Source of the DNA: the human T2T-CHM13v2.0 reference genome, Homo sapiens
Reading direction: 5' to 3' (one strand)
DNA length: 64,000 nt
NCBI RefSeq assembly: GCF_009914755.1
Contig: NC_060927.1
Of the stretch, positions 1-13,120 are shown piece by piece (the stretch's first letter is position 1; every line of letters begins with the position of its first letter). Position numbers and translations under genes: made by a program. A model generated the notes under the pieces. That model had not been told where the DNA came from. It saw only the letters and a list, made by a program, of their open reading frames with translations, and did no database searches.

Positions 1-1218
1 ATTACAGTACAAAGCACTCATTACAGATCATAGGATTTTAGCCTGAAAAGGTGCTATGATGAGTCATTGCAATAGTAATACTTCTCCATTTTGATGTCTT
101 CTTGAATAAGGATCTTGCCGTGTGGAATTAATGCTGCTCGTTGTAATGCTGATTGTCTAGTAGGCTGACTATATTTTAGTGAAGAATATTCATTCCCAAT
201 ATTCTTGCTGGAATATCTGAGATTGGGAGCAGGGAATACTATCCATTAGCAGGCATTCTATCCGTTAGACACATGCGTTCCTATGCTAAGTCTCCACCTT
301 CCTGAAAGATGATTATTTCTTTGAAACTTGTCAAAAGCCATAGGTTTTTATTTAAAAATAAATCCCCAAACAAGAACATTCAGAATTTCTCTATCCACCA
401 GCCACCTGAAAATACCTCCCTAGGTTTATGGATATTTTCTTTTTGTGATTTTAGACACACAAGTACTGATTACACAGGGTACAAGGAAGTGTAGCTTCTG
501 AGAGAGAAATTGATTTTTCTTTTCTAACAGAAGATGAAGATCATATTCATTTATCATGACCTTGGCTGATCATAAGACATAGGTGATCATGAATCTTGAC
601 CACTTGCTATTTTTTATAAAATTAAAGTAACCACTCATATAAACATGGTATTTCAGAAAATGGCATCTTGAGTGAGAAGGAAGAAGTTGAATCAATGACA
701 CAAATGTATATTTTTAAGAACACCAAACCATGGTTTCATTTTAATTTATCTATCTCTGCCCTGATGTTCCTCATAGCACATGAGAGGGAGATTCAAGGTC
801 TTGACTCTATTACTGGCTTTATTCAGCAGTGCCAGACCAATAATAGGTGTTTATCTACCAGCGTGTGCTGCTCCTGATAGAGTAGCTTATTGTAATTCTC
901 CCCTCCAGTTTTCCTTCCCCAAGGAAATACCTACATCTCAGATCTGTCTAATTAACCAATATTTGAAGAATAGAAAATTACGAGCAATCCCTATGCTCAT
1001 CATTGATGGGCTTTAAAAAGCTCGATAAAGTTTCTAGGTACATTTTCTTGTTTACACGATGAAGCAAAATGGATCAAACAAGCAAAGATTTGTGGCAACA
1101 GAGATGGTGCCTTTGTATAATATAACACATACTGTGTATCAAAGAAATATTGTGCCACTTCTTCGAAGCTGACATTGGAACGACATTGTAATCCTGACCA
1201 TCTGTCTTCCTCCTCTAG

Positions 1219-1341
1219 ATGTCGATGAACGTGCAGTGGTGAATGGAGGCTGCCAGCAGCGCTGTATTAACACTCTGGGCACCTTCCACTGTGAATGTGA
1301 TACGGGATAGAGACTGCATGCTGATGAACGCACCTGCATAA
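1219..1341 (+). pseudogene. EGFEM1P: Disabled coding exon for a calcium-binding EGF-like domain, likely EGF-like and EMI domain containing 1 pseudogene
   Basis: Translates as (D)[39 protein letters not shown]. This is the cbEGF pattern with the first Cys read as Arg (CGT 1230-1232) and TAG at 1308-1310 where Tyr is expected. Splice signals: branch-like CTGAC 1194-1198, pyrimidine tract, AG 1217-1218, donor GTGAGT 1342-1347. The 123-nt phase 1-1 structure is typical of EGF exons. Gene name rests on my recollection of mouse Egfem1 ([31 protein letters not shown]); MEGF6 is the paralogue to exclude. Confidence 0.88.
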
Positions 1342-1733
1342 GTGAGTAAATATTAGAACCAGCTTGAAGCTGTTTTCAATGAAAATCGACCTGCCCATGT
1401 AGAGGCAGGAAGGAAAGGTTGTTCTATTGTGAAAATATCTATAGAAGCTGACAGTTTTGAGTACAATTCTATCCCTTAGGATTTTTTTAAAAAATATATT
1501 TTGCTATTAAAAGACTACCAGACAAAAAGTGGGGAAGGAGATATAGAAATTAACATTCAGAAGCAAACCTTGAATCCCCAAATATGTAAATATTTCTGTA
1601 GCATGTAATTTCTGCCATATACAGTAGAGTACACATTTGTTAGTTGTTGCTTATATACAAGCACAGCACAGAACTACAATAAAGTGAAGATACTGGGCCA
1701 TTATAATTACTAGCAACAATGTCACTCATTTTA

Positions 1734-1800
1734 GACTAGAAAGAACTGGACTCAGAACCCCCTGACTAGAAAGAACTGGACTCAGAACCCCCGATTAGAA
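1734..1800. repeat. 30-bp-period tandem duplication
   Basis: GACTAGAAAGAACTGGACTCAGAACCCCC at 1734-1762 and 1764-1792, followed by partial GATTAGAA. Confidence 0.95.
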
Positions 1801-3243
1801 TTCAAGCCCCAGCAAAATTATAGCAGATTATATGCCAAATATATTAGGACTGTTCAAGCTCAGTTAAAACTACACATGTGAAATCTGAAATTCTGTATGT
1901 TCATTGTGCATCAAAATTTCTTAATACTATTTGTGGGTAGTAGGATTATTATTTTTTGTGTTTGTATGTTTCTGAATTTTCTAAATTTCTTAAAATGAGC
2001 ATATGGGACTTTCATAAACAGAAAAAAAACTTTAAAAATGCTATGTTTCCTGTATGACTTGTAAATGCTCCTTGTTGTTTTAACTGAAGTAATTTACATA
2101 AATATTCTTTTTTCATTAAGTGATGATTCTCAGATCACATAAAATTGCATTCTAACTTCCTCTCCAGGTCCCTTTTGAAAATATTTATATTAAAAAAGGA
2201 GCACATTGTACAGCACAATTTAATTACTGGCTTTTTGTTTATAGAGTTTGTTAACTAGTTCATCCATACAAAATTGTCAGTATCTTACAATGTAGGCGAT
2301 AATTATGAAACTTGGAATCGAAATCAGCCAATTTCAACTAGCTTTATAACATATACCCCTCCTTCTTCTTCTTAGCCTATCTTTTAAGAAATTAAAAAAA
2401 AAAAGGCAATGCAAACAGGTAAAGAAGTCCTATTTGTAGGTCTGATTTTGATATGAGAAAACAGGTTCTGAGAGAAAAAGAAAAAAAATTCTTGAAGTCA
2501 AGTGAAGATACAAACTAAAGTCATATCCTAGGCTTCAAGGAGCTCAATATCATAATGATTGTATCGACAGCAAGCACAGGTTGGGGGACATTAATACACG
2601 CATGTTTAAATCAAAACAACCCTTTCTTTTTGTGGGATTACTGGTTTTAGCTGGAAGAATCCCTTTCCATCCTCATTTCCAATCTGTAAAGTCTCCAGCT
2701 AGTAACATCTTTAAACTGCCACCATAATGTCTCTCAATCACAAAATACATAAGAGCAGCAGGATTATTGATACATGCAGATGGGATATTTATCAGTAAAA
2801 GTTGACCTGGTAAATTTTTGTTTCTGATTTAAAAATTTTTTGCCAAATAGTGATTTATATGAATCTACAATATCTGGTCTTTGTGATAAGGCAAAATAAA
2901 CACTCTAGTCACCAACTAAATTGTATTTATAGGTATAATTAATTTGGCAGTTCCTAGTTATTTCTTAGTAAAATCATTAAGCTCTTCCCTTATTCCTTTC
3001 CATCACTGTCCTTGAATTTTCAAAAATTTTTAAGGACATCAGGTCAAAAGTGGAGTTTGACAAGGATATTGTAGGTTATCTTTTCTCTTTCTATTCCTTT
3101 AAAGCTAATTATTATTGTACATATACATGGGCACTATGATAATAGCTTACTTGCAGCTCCATATGCTGATCTCCTTATGCAGAATCTTAACATAGGGAAA
3201 AATTAAATTTATATATGCATACTGATAACACATATAAATCTCC

Positions 3244-3248
<5 letters not shown>

Positions 3249-3295
<47 letters not shown>
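3249..3295. repeat. (TA)n microsatellite, about 23 units
   Basis: Uninterrupted TA run. Confidence 0.98.
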
Positions 3296-3298
<3 letters not shown>

Positions 3299-3699
3299 GA
3301 GTGAATTAAGCTATTAAGAAATGTAGAGTTAATGATTGCCGTCATTTAAAGTGTTTAACCCCTTGATACCATTCTACAGAAGTTACTGAACTAAAAGCCC
3401 AGCACTTGACCCTTGCAAAAATTTTGATGCCTTTTCCACTTAATACACTGAAGTTTTGGTTTCAAAGGGTGGTCTTAAGAATTTCAGCTGATACAGCTTA
3501 CATTTACAGCAGTCTTTTTAAAAGGAGCCCAAGAATAACTTAAGCACTTTGTATTGAAACATAAATAATGTGTAAGATTAAGAACAATAACTATTTGCTT
3601 ATTTGTTCTGAAAGAAAGGGTTTATTGCAGAGAATTGACTTTCAGGCTGGTCTGTATTCCAGGCTATCTTGTAAACAGGGTAAGTTTTTTTTTTACATT

Positions 3700-4297
3700 A
3701 ATTTATTTATCTATTTTTGAAATTTCAGCTTTTATTTTAGATTCATGGGGTATGTGCAGGTTTGTTACATGGGAATACTGTGTGATGCTGAGGTTTGGGG
3801 TGCAATTGATCCCATCACTTAGGCAGTGACCATAGTACTCAACAGGTAGTTTTTCAACTCTTCCCCTCAACAATTAGTTCCCCATGTCTATTGTTCCCAT
3901 CTTTATGTCCAAGTGCATCCAATGTTTAGCTCCCACTTATAAGTGAAAAGTATGTGGTATTTAGTTCTCTGTTTCTGTATTAATTCACTTAGGATAATGG
4001 CCTCCAACTACATCCATGTTACTGCAAAGGATATGGTTTTGTTCTTGTACATGGCTGCATAGTACTCCATGGTGTATATGTACCACATTTTCTTTATGCA
4101 GTCCACCACTGATGGGCATCTGGGTTGATTTCACGTCTTTGCTATTGTGAGTACTGCTGCAATGAACATTCGAGTGAACATATCTTTTTGGTTGGAGAAT
4201 TTAGTTTCCTTTGGGTGTATACCCAGTAATGGGATTACTAGGTCGAATGATAGTCCTACTTTTAGTTCTTTGAGATATCTCCAAACTGCTCTCCACT
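3700..4297 (-). mobile_element. L1 3' fragment, L1PA15/16-like
   Basis: Antisense L1 3' UTR (GTGCAGGTTTGTTACATGGG...GATGCTGAGGTTTGGGG) continuing into the ORF2 end. Confidence 0.85.
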
Positions 4298-6195
4298 AAT
4301 AGTGATTTAAAAAAAAAAAAAAAAAAACCATTGAATTATCTCACATTTCCGTTGAGATTTTTTACCTGGTAGAAAGCTGAATATGGTGGTTGGTGTTTAA
4401 TGGGAGATTGTAGTAGATGGAAGTTTATTATGATTCACGGTAGAGTCACAGAGAAGAAGATAAAGTTATGAAATGTTGTGATTTCATACATTAGACTACT
4501 TGAAATTAAGTGCCTCCATTTCTTCCTTCCTCCTTTCCTTCTTTTCTTTCCTTTTCCCCATTCTGCTTATTAGTCATAGGATAAGACTAGTGTGACTTTT
4601 TGAGTTAGAGCCTCTGGTGCTTTTTGTACTTTATCTTCATCAAAGCTACAATAAAGTAAACTCCCCACACACAGACACTTACAGAGTTTCAGATGACTTC
4701 ATTTCAAAAGGGTCTCCTTTCTCAGGGCTGTGCTCTTGTAGTGGTGTGTGTGCAGTGCAGAACAGTCAGCCTCCGTCAGAACAATCAAGCAGCATAGAGT
4801 GGTGTAAGGGAAGGAGTCCATGGCAGCTGGCTAAGGTGGCAGGAAGTATGAGTGCATGGGGCATGTGGCTCACCATACAAGTTGCTTGGACTGCTGATAC
4901 AATGGGATTGCAATAAATCTGGGGATCTTTGTTTAGTGGACCACAGTTTGAACCCATGGATTTGTCAGCAAATTTTTGGAATGTGTCATTGCTTTGGAGG
5001 CCAGGGCCTTTGCTCAGATTCTTTAAGATGTCTATGGCACCCCCAAAATACCCCACATATATTTTTGTCATTATGATGTCACTTCTTAAAAAGTATGTAG
5101 GAGAAGGATCTCATGACATTGTTATATCATGTTATTGTCTCATGATACTGTCATATAGTCTGATGCAAAGTTGTGCAGTGAATGCTTCTCTCAACAGCTT
5201 TCTTTATAATGGGATTTGAGGCTAGGAACCTCAGTCCCTGTCCTTGAGAAGCATGACTCCTGACCCACTGTCATTTCTCCTGAAAGAACATCAGGAAAAC
5301 CAGCCTGAAAGCATGCCCCACGTATAAGGAGCATCACAGCAAGTGAAAGTAGCTGCATTTTGTTGATGGAAGGGTGCAGACACAGCATGGGGAAGCAAAC
5401 AAAAGTGGAATTCTTGCCACATTTGCTTTGCTATTGGTGTTCTCCCTTAACATGCATATTATGGAATAATTTTTATATTTTTAAATTTTCTTTTATGTGG
5501 AGACCAACAGTTTAAAAGATGGAAAATAGATTTTAGCAATCATCAGAAAGACAGAGAAATTTATATTCAGATTAGTGAACACTGAATCTCATCTATGTGG
5601 TCTCGGGACTGTGGCACAATAAAATTCAAGTTGGCATGTGAGCTTAAGCAAGTCATTTAATCTCTCTACACCCTGGCTGCCTCCTGTGCAAAACAGAAAT
5701 TGGACAATTGGGCTTAAAATTACTTCATCACTAAGGTATTATAATTTTACAGTTTCTAAAATTACTAGTTCATTATAAATAATCTGCTAACTTGTATTTT
5801 AAAAATTCTACTGAATCAGGCATAACTATTTTATAGAGCTCTAATTTTATTTAAAAAGTGTTGAAATAACTCAGCTCTATAGAGTACAAGCATAAAAGCA
5901 GTGTGAGAATTTTGTGATCTAGTTTAATAAAAATGAATGAGTAACTTGCATTTCTTCTTGAAAAAAAAAAAAAAACTTCGGTGCTTTTGTGACAATACTG
6001 TTTTCCATATCACAGAATAATATCTGGAGGGGACCCAAGGATTATGATAGTCCAATTTCCTATCTTAGAGATAGAAAGTCTGAGAGAGAAAGAGATCAAG
6101 TAAGTAAATTACTGTGAGAAAGAAAAATTTAGTCTTCAGGAAATCCTGGCTAATCTCACTCCTGATCCTATGACCTCAAATAACTTCTGTTCAAT

Positions 6196-6446
6196 TTTGT
6201 TTTGTTTTATTTTGAGAGAGTCTCTGTCTGTCACCCAAGTTGGAGTGCAATGATGTGATCTTTGCTCACGGCAGCCTCCGCTTCCTGGGCTCAAGTGATT
6301 CTCCTGCCTCAGCCTCCCAAGCACTTTTTCTACAGGTGCGCACCACCACGCCTGGCTAATTTTTTGTATTTTTAGTAGAGATGAGGTTTCACCATGTTGG
6401 CCAGGCTGGTCTGGAACTCCTGGCCTCATGTGATCTGCCTGTCTCG
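6196..6446 (-). mobile_element. 5'-truncated Alu, AluJb-like
   Basis: Antisense Alu body; TSD TCTGTTCAAT at 6186-6195 and 6447-6456. Confidence 0.92.
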
Positions 6447-6589
6447 TCTGTTCAATATGTTTTAAAAGACTAAGATAAATCATGAAAGCACTGCTAAAAG
6501 AAATTCTTACATTACATTTTAGTAAACACAGCTAAGGGTTAAAACAATGTATTTTTAAGGTAGCTACTGAAGAAATAAATCTACTTTAT

Positions 6590-7170
6590 ATCATCTCTTG
6601 TCAGTTCAATCTTATCACTTCTCTCCTACATTTCTGTGATATGCTCCAACAAAACCTGGCTACTCTCAGTTCTCTAAGTAAGCCATGCCCTTTTCTGCTT
6701 CTGCACTTTGCTTTACTCTTAGCCTAAAAATTAGCTCACCCCCAAGTCTTTGCCTATCAAAACTACACTTACTATGTTCCATGTCAAATGACCTGTAATG
6801 CTTTCTCTGGTTACAACAGCCAAAGGCATTCTCTCTTATCTGAAATATCAAGCAATTTTATTTGTGTTGGTTTAATAATACATCATAATATATAGACTTA
6901 TGAATGTATAATTGGGTTTCAGACTAAATGAAAGACACTGATGACCTTTTAATTGTCAACTTCAAGTGGAATCTTTTCCGTTCTCTTCTTGATAGCTGTT
7001 AACCACTAATTTTTCTAAATCTTCCTTTTGAGTTCATGACAGTGCAATTTTCACTTTCAATTGCTGCTTCTCTGTTACTTTCACTCTGGGTACCAGGGTT
7101 CTGACTTGGAGTTATCATCTGTGTCTCTCCTCTGTTCTCCTTTATTCACCCTTCCTCTAGTCTATCTTCA
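6590..7170 (+). mobile_element. Degenerate L2 fragments
   Basis: Pyrimidine-rich L2-like motifs; boundaries approximate. Confidence 0.45.
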
Positions 7171-8899
7171 TTTTGCTCTTCTATTTTTATACATAGTACT
7201 TGCAAAATAGTTAGAATATTCCCTTGCACATTGTATTACTTAAATATAACCTATTAGAATATAAAAAATATAAGGACTTCACCCAGATGGATTTGCTTGT
7301 TAGGGAAAACAAAGTTGTTCCAGTATTTCTAGCTTTTGGAACGTTGCTGATATTCTCTTTTATAAAGTACATTGTCTTTCGATAGCTGTTAAATGGTGGT
7401 TTTTTTCCATGGTTGAGAGGCAGGGGCTAGTAGATATAGCTAAATATGAGAAGTAATGGTAATGTAGACTAAACTGCTTTTATTATTAGAGGATGTTTTT
7501 TAAGAGCCAGGGGCTACATGCCAAAATAATTTATATTACCCGTATTTTCAGTATTTAACTGTGTAATTTACATTTTAAGTAACTTGTAAGGCTATAATTT
7601 GATATACCTCACAAAATCTTTCTTGAATTTTTATTTTTAATAACAACCTTATGAAACATGCTCAGCTCAGATCTCCATTCATAATCATGTTCTTCCCTTG
7701 ATGTATTTGCTGAAATTGGCCTTCCCAGAGGGAAGAAATAATTAAATGATTCAAAGTTTTAATGCTTGCATAGTTCTCTTACTGCTTTCATGCTTTCAGT
7801 ACATAGGTTTATTAACATCTGCATTCATAAATAAACAAATGGAATCTGATGTCTGCATAGAGAAACCTTAGATAAAGAACATTTTAATTACTTCAGTCTC
7901 TGATGCAAGAATTCTTTATTTCCAGTTGCAGGGAATGATCAGGATCTGTTTTTGTTCAATGGTCTCTTTTTAGAAGTCCAATGTGATATTCATTGCACAA
8001 TGGAACCCAGTGACCCCTTTTTAGTCTCACTAAATGAAAAAAAAAAAAGAAGAAAGATGACCTAGAAAATATAATCTAAAGATTTTAGATATTTTGTTTG
8101 TGGTCAAGTGTGTGACATGGTGCAGTCAATGGTGATACTTTAATGATAATTAAGCAGAAGTTGTGTGGCAAGGAGAGGGTAGGTGTACCAGCAAGAGCTT
8201 GATTAAAATAAAGATGTCCTTACTAAAACTTTGAGCTTGAATAAATTTTCTTATATCAGATTTTTATGAGTTTGACATGTTAAAATAATGCTAATTTTAA
8301 AAAAAGATTGAGAAAACTATTAGATGTGGTGGTCTTCACAATGAGTTCTTTTGTTTTTGATCTCAGTGTTCTGATCACTGATGTCTAAGTTTTATTTGAT
8401 AAGAGGAAGGATTCTTTCCAGGGAATGCAAAGAGATTGCCCTCAAATAGGATATGAAAGAGGTTAAAGACTTTCATTGTAACTACCTTTCAATTAGTTGC
8501 ATTATTTATGAAGACAAATTAGAAACAGAATTCATTTCAGATGACAGCTGATGTCTTGAACAGGGCCATGTCAGGTTAAAAAAATTGTTTAGTTTGTCAG
8601 ATTGATGGCATCTCTCCATCATTATCAGATTCATCACCCTCTCAAGATTAAGCACTTTTGTGTGGCAGATGATAAACTTAATTCCCAAAAGTTAAATTTA
8701 AGGAACACTTTTTCTCTGCCCGTCTCATTCTCAATCTGTGGCCTTAGGGAAAAATCATGAACTTAAGTTTTTCATCCAGAGCATCGACTGTTAACCCAGT
8801 TTAGTAACTTTTTACAACTATTTGAGTTTCAGGAACACATTAAGAAATCTTCCCTTTTTTTTCTGTAGTTTTTGTACAGTTTGCAGACTCAGGAAGGTA

Positions 8900-9140
8900 A
8901 GACTGACAATTTTAGATAAAGACAGATTGAGGTTTGAATCTGACTGTATCACGTAAGAGTTGTGTGATCTTAGCCCAGTTACGGGGTGTCCCTGATTTTC
9001 AGAGTCCATATCATCTCTATGTCTATGTGAATACCTATATCTACTAAAATCAGGATAATAATTCACAAAAATCATGTTGTACATCGTGAAAGAGCACATA
9101 CCTTATAAAGAAGAATGTATGTAACATACTATAATGATCA
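8900..9140 (+). mobile_element. MIR relic
   Basis: GGTTTGAATCTGACT...TGTGTGATCTTAG, resembling the MIR core. Confidence 0.55.
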
Positions 9141-9863
9141 TCCATGGGAAATTGGGAAGATTGAGAGTGGGCTCTGGGGTTAAAAGTGAACAAATAAGAG
9201 AGGCTCTTAAAAGGACAAGGGAGTGATAAGGAATGTCCTTGTGGTGTGATGAACTCCACCTTCTGTACTGGAGATTACAACAAAACAAAATAATGAAATG
9301 TTTGCGTAGTGGTCTTCACATTTGGTAATTGGCTTTTTGTACTTCTTTCTCTTTATGTGGCAAGTATCTTTACATGTCTTCCTTCAGAATAATTTTTAAG
9401 TTATTTTTCTAGTTCCTTTTATAAAATATATGGCATTAAATGATAAAACCCTAATATTAAGCAATATTTAATTTTGTTTTCTTGTGTTCCCTAAGTAATC
9501 TCATAGTGCATTATAGAATACCCACCATATAGCATAAACTTACATGTGAAGAGATTAAAGTCGTAACTGACACACAGTGAATGCTCAATAAATGGTGGCT
9601 TAGATTAATGATTTATGTATCTACTCCTACATTATTTTCTCACAACCTGAACACCCATTCAATACAGAGATACTGAGAATGGGAGATTCTTCATTGTGTG
9701 CCACTGGAAATCCAAGACTTTAGCTTTAAATTATTCATTCATGAAAATATACCATGGAATTTAGGATCGAGAGAAAAATGATACTAATCTGAAAACAGTA
9801 TATCTTGGGAAAAAAGTTCCTCCCCTTTCAGAGTAACAATGTTAGCTTTACCACATAGTTTTT

Positions 9864-10777
9864 GTTTATTTCTTTTTAGTTTTTTTATTTTTTAATTTCG
9901 TGGGTACGTAGTAGGTGTATATATTTATGGGGTACATGAGATGTTTTGATACAGGCAAGCAATGTGAAATAAGCACATCATGGAAAATGAGGCACCCATC
10001 CTCTCAAGCATTTATCCTTTGAGTGACAAACAATCCAATTATGCTCTTTAAGTTATTTAAACATGTACAATTAGGTTATTATTGATTAGAGCCACCCTTT
10101 TGTGCTATCAAATAGTAGGTCTTATTCATTCTTTCTGTACCACCCATCGCCATCTCCCCCCATCAGCCTTGAACTACCCTTCCCAGCCTCTGGTAACCAT
10201 CCTGCTACTCTTTATGTCTGTGAGTTCAATTGTTTTGATTTGTAGATCCCACAAATAAGTGAGAACATGCAACATTTGTCTTTTTGTGCCTTGTTTATTT
10301 CACGTAACACAGTGGTCTCCAGTTCCATCCATATTGTTGCAAATGACTGGATCTCATTCTTTTTTATGGCTGAAGAGCACTTCATTGTGTATATGGAATC
10401 ACGTTTTATTTATCTATTCATCTGTTGATGGACACTTAGGTTGCTTCCAAATCGTATATATTGTAAACAGGGCTGCAACAAATATAGGAGTGCAGATAGC
10501 TCTTTGATATACTGATTTCCTTTACTTTGGGTCTATACCAGCAAGACGGATTGCTGGATCATATGGAAGTTCAATTTTTAGGTGTTTTTTGTTTTTTTTT
10601 TTTTTTTAGGAACCTCCAAACTGTTCTCCATAGTTTACACCATCAGTGTACAAGGGTTCCCTTTTCTCCACATCCTCGCCAGCATTTGTTACTGCCTGTC
10701 TTTTGAATAAAAGCCATTTTAACTAGGGTTAGATGATATCTCATTGTAGTTTTGATTTGCATTCCTCTGATGATCAA
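9864..10777 (-). mobile_element. 5'-truncated L1, L1MA2-like
   Basis: Antisense 3' UTR (GGGTACGTAGTAGGTGTATATATTTATGGGGTACATGAG); 18-bp TSD CTTTACCA(CA/TG)TAGTTTTT at 9846-9863 and 10778-10795. Confidence 0.9.
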
Positions 10778-11086
10778 CTTTACCATGTAGTTTTTATATT
10801 ACAAGGTGTTAGACGTTGAGCTAATGACATAACTGCTTAATAACTCAGCTTCTCCATATGTAAGGGGACAGTTGAGGAAAAGTAACAATGCAAGTGAAAT
10901 CTTTAGTTCAGTGCCTGACACAGAGCAAGCAAGTAAAAAATATTAGGTAATATTATTAGTATAGTTCCATACCTTGGAACTTGGCTATAGCCATAGAACT
11001 AAGTAAAATTATGAAGGGTCAGAAACCATAAGTATAAATTGGCTTTGGTGATCACATTACTTCTATTAGGCATTTTTGTTAGTAGT

Positions 11087-11439
11087 TGCTATGGTGTGAA
11101 TGTTTGTGACCCTAGTATTCATATGTTGAAATCCTAACCCCCAGGTTTATAGTATTTTGAGATGGGAACTTTTAGGAGTTGATTAAGTCACCAGGGTAGA
11201 ATCCTCATGAGTGGCTTTAGTGCCTTCATAAAAAAGAGGCCCGAGGGAGCTTGTTTACCCCTTCCACCATATGGGGATACAGCAAGAAGGTACAATCTAC
11301 AAAAAAGATGTACCCTTAGCAGACACTGAATCAGCCAGTACCTTGATCTTGGACTTCTCAGCCTCTAGAACTGTGAAAAAATATTTATAAGCTGCCCAGT
11401 CTATAGTATTTTGTTATAGCAGCCAAACAGACAAAGATA
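11087..11439 (+). mobile_element. MaLR solo LTR, MLT1A-like
   Basis: Begins TGCTATGGTGTGAATGTTTGTG and ends AAACAGACAAAGATA; flanks GTAGT/GTAGA resemble a 5-bp TSD. Confidence 0.85.
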
Positions 11440-12296
11440 GTAGATTTTAAAAGCATACATTCACTGACTGTTTCAACAATCCCCCCTTTTCTTTATATTT
11501 TTGATATTTTTTGAGTTTTAGAGCAATATTCACAACTATGTTTTGACTATATAATAACATACTCCCATTCTCATTTATCCCTAGGTTGAAGATTTATATC
11601 TCCCTTTTTCCAAAAGCACTGAAGGCAGCAAGCTACAGGAAGCTTATGCATTTTTACAGGATACAAAGTGCAGAAAGACATTAAACACAAAACAGTATTG
11701 CCTACATCTAAAAGAGGCAGAAGGAATAAGTGCTTGCAAATAGCAGATATGAGCAGAAAACTTAAATCCAAATTTAGTATCCCAATATAGCTTCTAGCTA
11801 CTGACAAGAAAAGAATAGCATGATTTCAGAGTTTGCATTTTTCTGACACAAGTCACAGAGACATCTTTTTTGGGGGGTGGGGGGAGAATTCAGTGATTTC
11901 ATAATCTGTTACTGAATACACATATTTTATTTTGCAGAGAAAATAGAAATTTTTAGCTAAGGTACCTCCCAACTTTTACTCCCACCCAGAACTTTAAAAT
12001 TAACTCTAAGCTCTGCCTACTTTGCTCTTCACTCTGAGGAAAAAGTGCTCTGCTGTAATTTCAGGCTAATCTTCCCATCTCTGGATAGGATCTCAGCTGC
12101 CCTCCTCCTTAGAACATGGCTCCATTACATGCTTCTTTTTCCTCTATCACCATCTTCTTTATCTCTATCTTAAAATAAAACTTCTCTCTAAAACTAGTTT
12201 TGCCAAGGTTATTGATAAATTATACACTGTTAAATTCAAGGAGTACTTTTCATACCTTATTTTGCTTAATATCTTGAAAGTAATGATCTTGCCTTC

Positions 12297-12653
12297 TATC
12301 ATAGTCTGTTTTCTGCTGCTATAACAACACACCAGAGATGGTGTAATTTAAAAAGAACAGAAGTTTATTTGGCTGTCAGTTCTGGAGGCTGGAAAGTCCA
12401 AGAGCATGGCACCAGCATCTGGCAATGGTCATCCCATGGCAGAAGGCAGAAGTGGGCATGTGAGGCAGAGAGTGAATGGGGGCCAAAGTTATCCTTTTAT
12501 CCAAAGCCCACTCCTGTAATAATGGCATTATTCCATTCATGAAGGCAGAGATCTTATAACCTAATCACCTCTTGAAGGTCCCATCTCCCAATACGATTAC
12601 ATTGGCAATTAAATTTCAACATGAAATTTGGCAGAGACATTCAAACCATAGCA
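12297..12653 (-). mobile_element. MaLR solo LTR, MSTB-like
   Basis: GTTCTGGAGGCTGGAAAGTCCAAGAGCATGGCACCAGCATCTGG...CAAACCATAGCA; perfect 5-bp TSD CCTTC at 12292-12296 and 12654-12658. Confidence 0.9.
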
Positions 12654-13120
12654 CCTTCCTTCTTGACATTCTCTCTTTCTTGGATTATAGAACACAACTT
12701 TCTTTTGGTCCCCTCCCATCTCTGTGATGGCGTATCTTCTTTCATGGAGTCTTTTCCCTCCACTCATCCTCAAAATCTTAATGATTTTCAGTGTTCTAAA
12801 TTTGGCTCTTTCTTTTCTCCCTCCTGTGTAATCTCTTCCACTTGCAAAGCTTTACCTGTTACAAGTAGCTAGCAGGGAATGATGTCCAAATCAAATTACT
12901 AAACCAAATCCTTCTTGTCTGTTGACCCACAGACTCAGCTACTGCCTGGGCTTCTTCTTGAGGAGGTCCCCTTAGCAAGGAAAACTTAGTGAGTCTAAAA
13001 TTCAACACGTCTTCATTCCCACATGCTCCCAACTTTTCTCTTCTCTTTTGTTCTTTTTTCTTAGTGAGTGGCAGCACCCCAGGCCAGTTATTCTCCAGGC
13101 CAGTGTAGTACACCAGGAGT

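Noticed and set aside
1139-1339. Minus-strand 66-aa ORF over the EGF exon
   Set aside because: It is the antisense shadow of the real plus-strand exon.
3635-3685. AG...GTAAGT-bounded 34-nt segment reading LVCIPGYLVNR, faintly EGF-like
   Set aside because: Too short, not a multiple of three, with a weak pyrimidine tract and only one Cys; at most a cryptic exon.
4617-5388. Cluster of overlapping Cys-rich ORFs in a GC-richer patch
   Set aside because: No EGF or EMI cysteine spacing and no convincing splice pair; possibly an unrecognised old repeat or conserved non-coding element.
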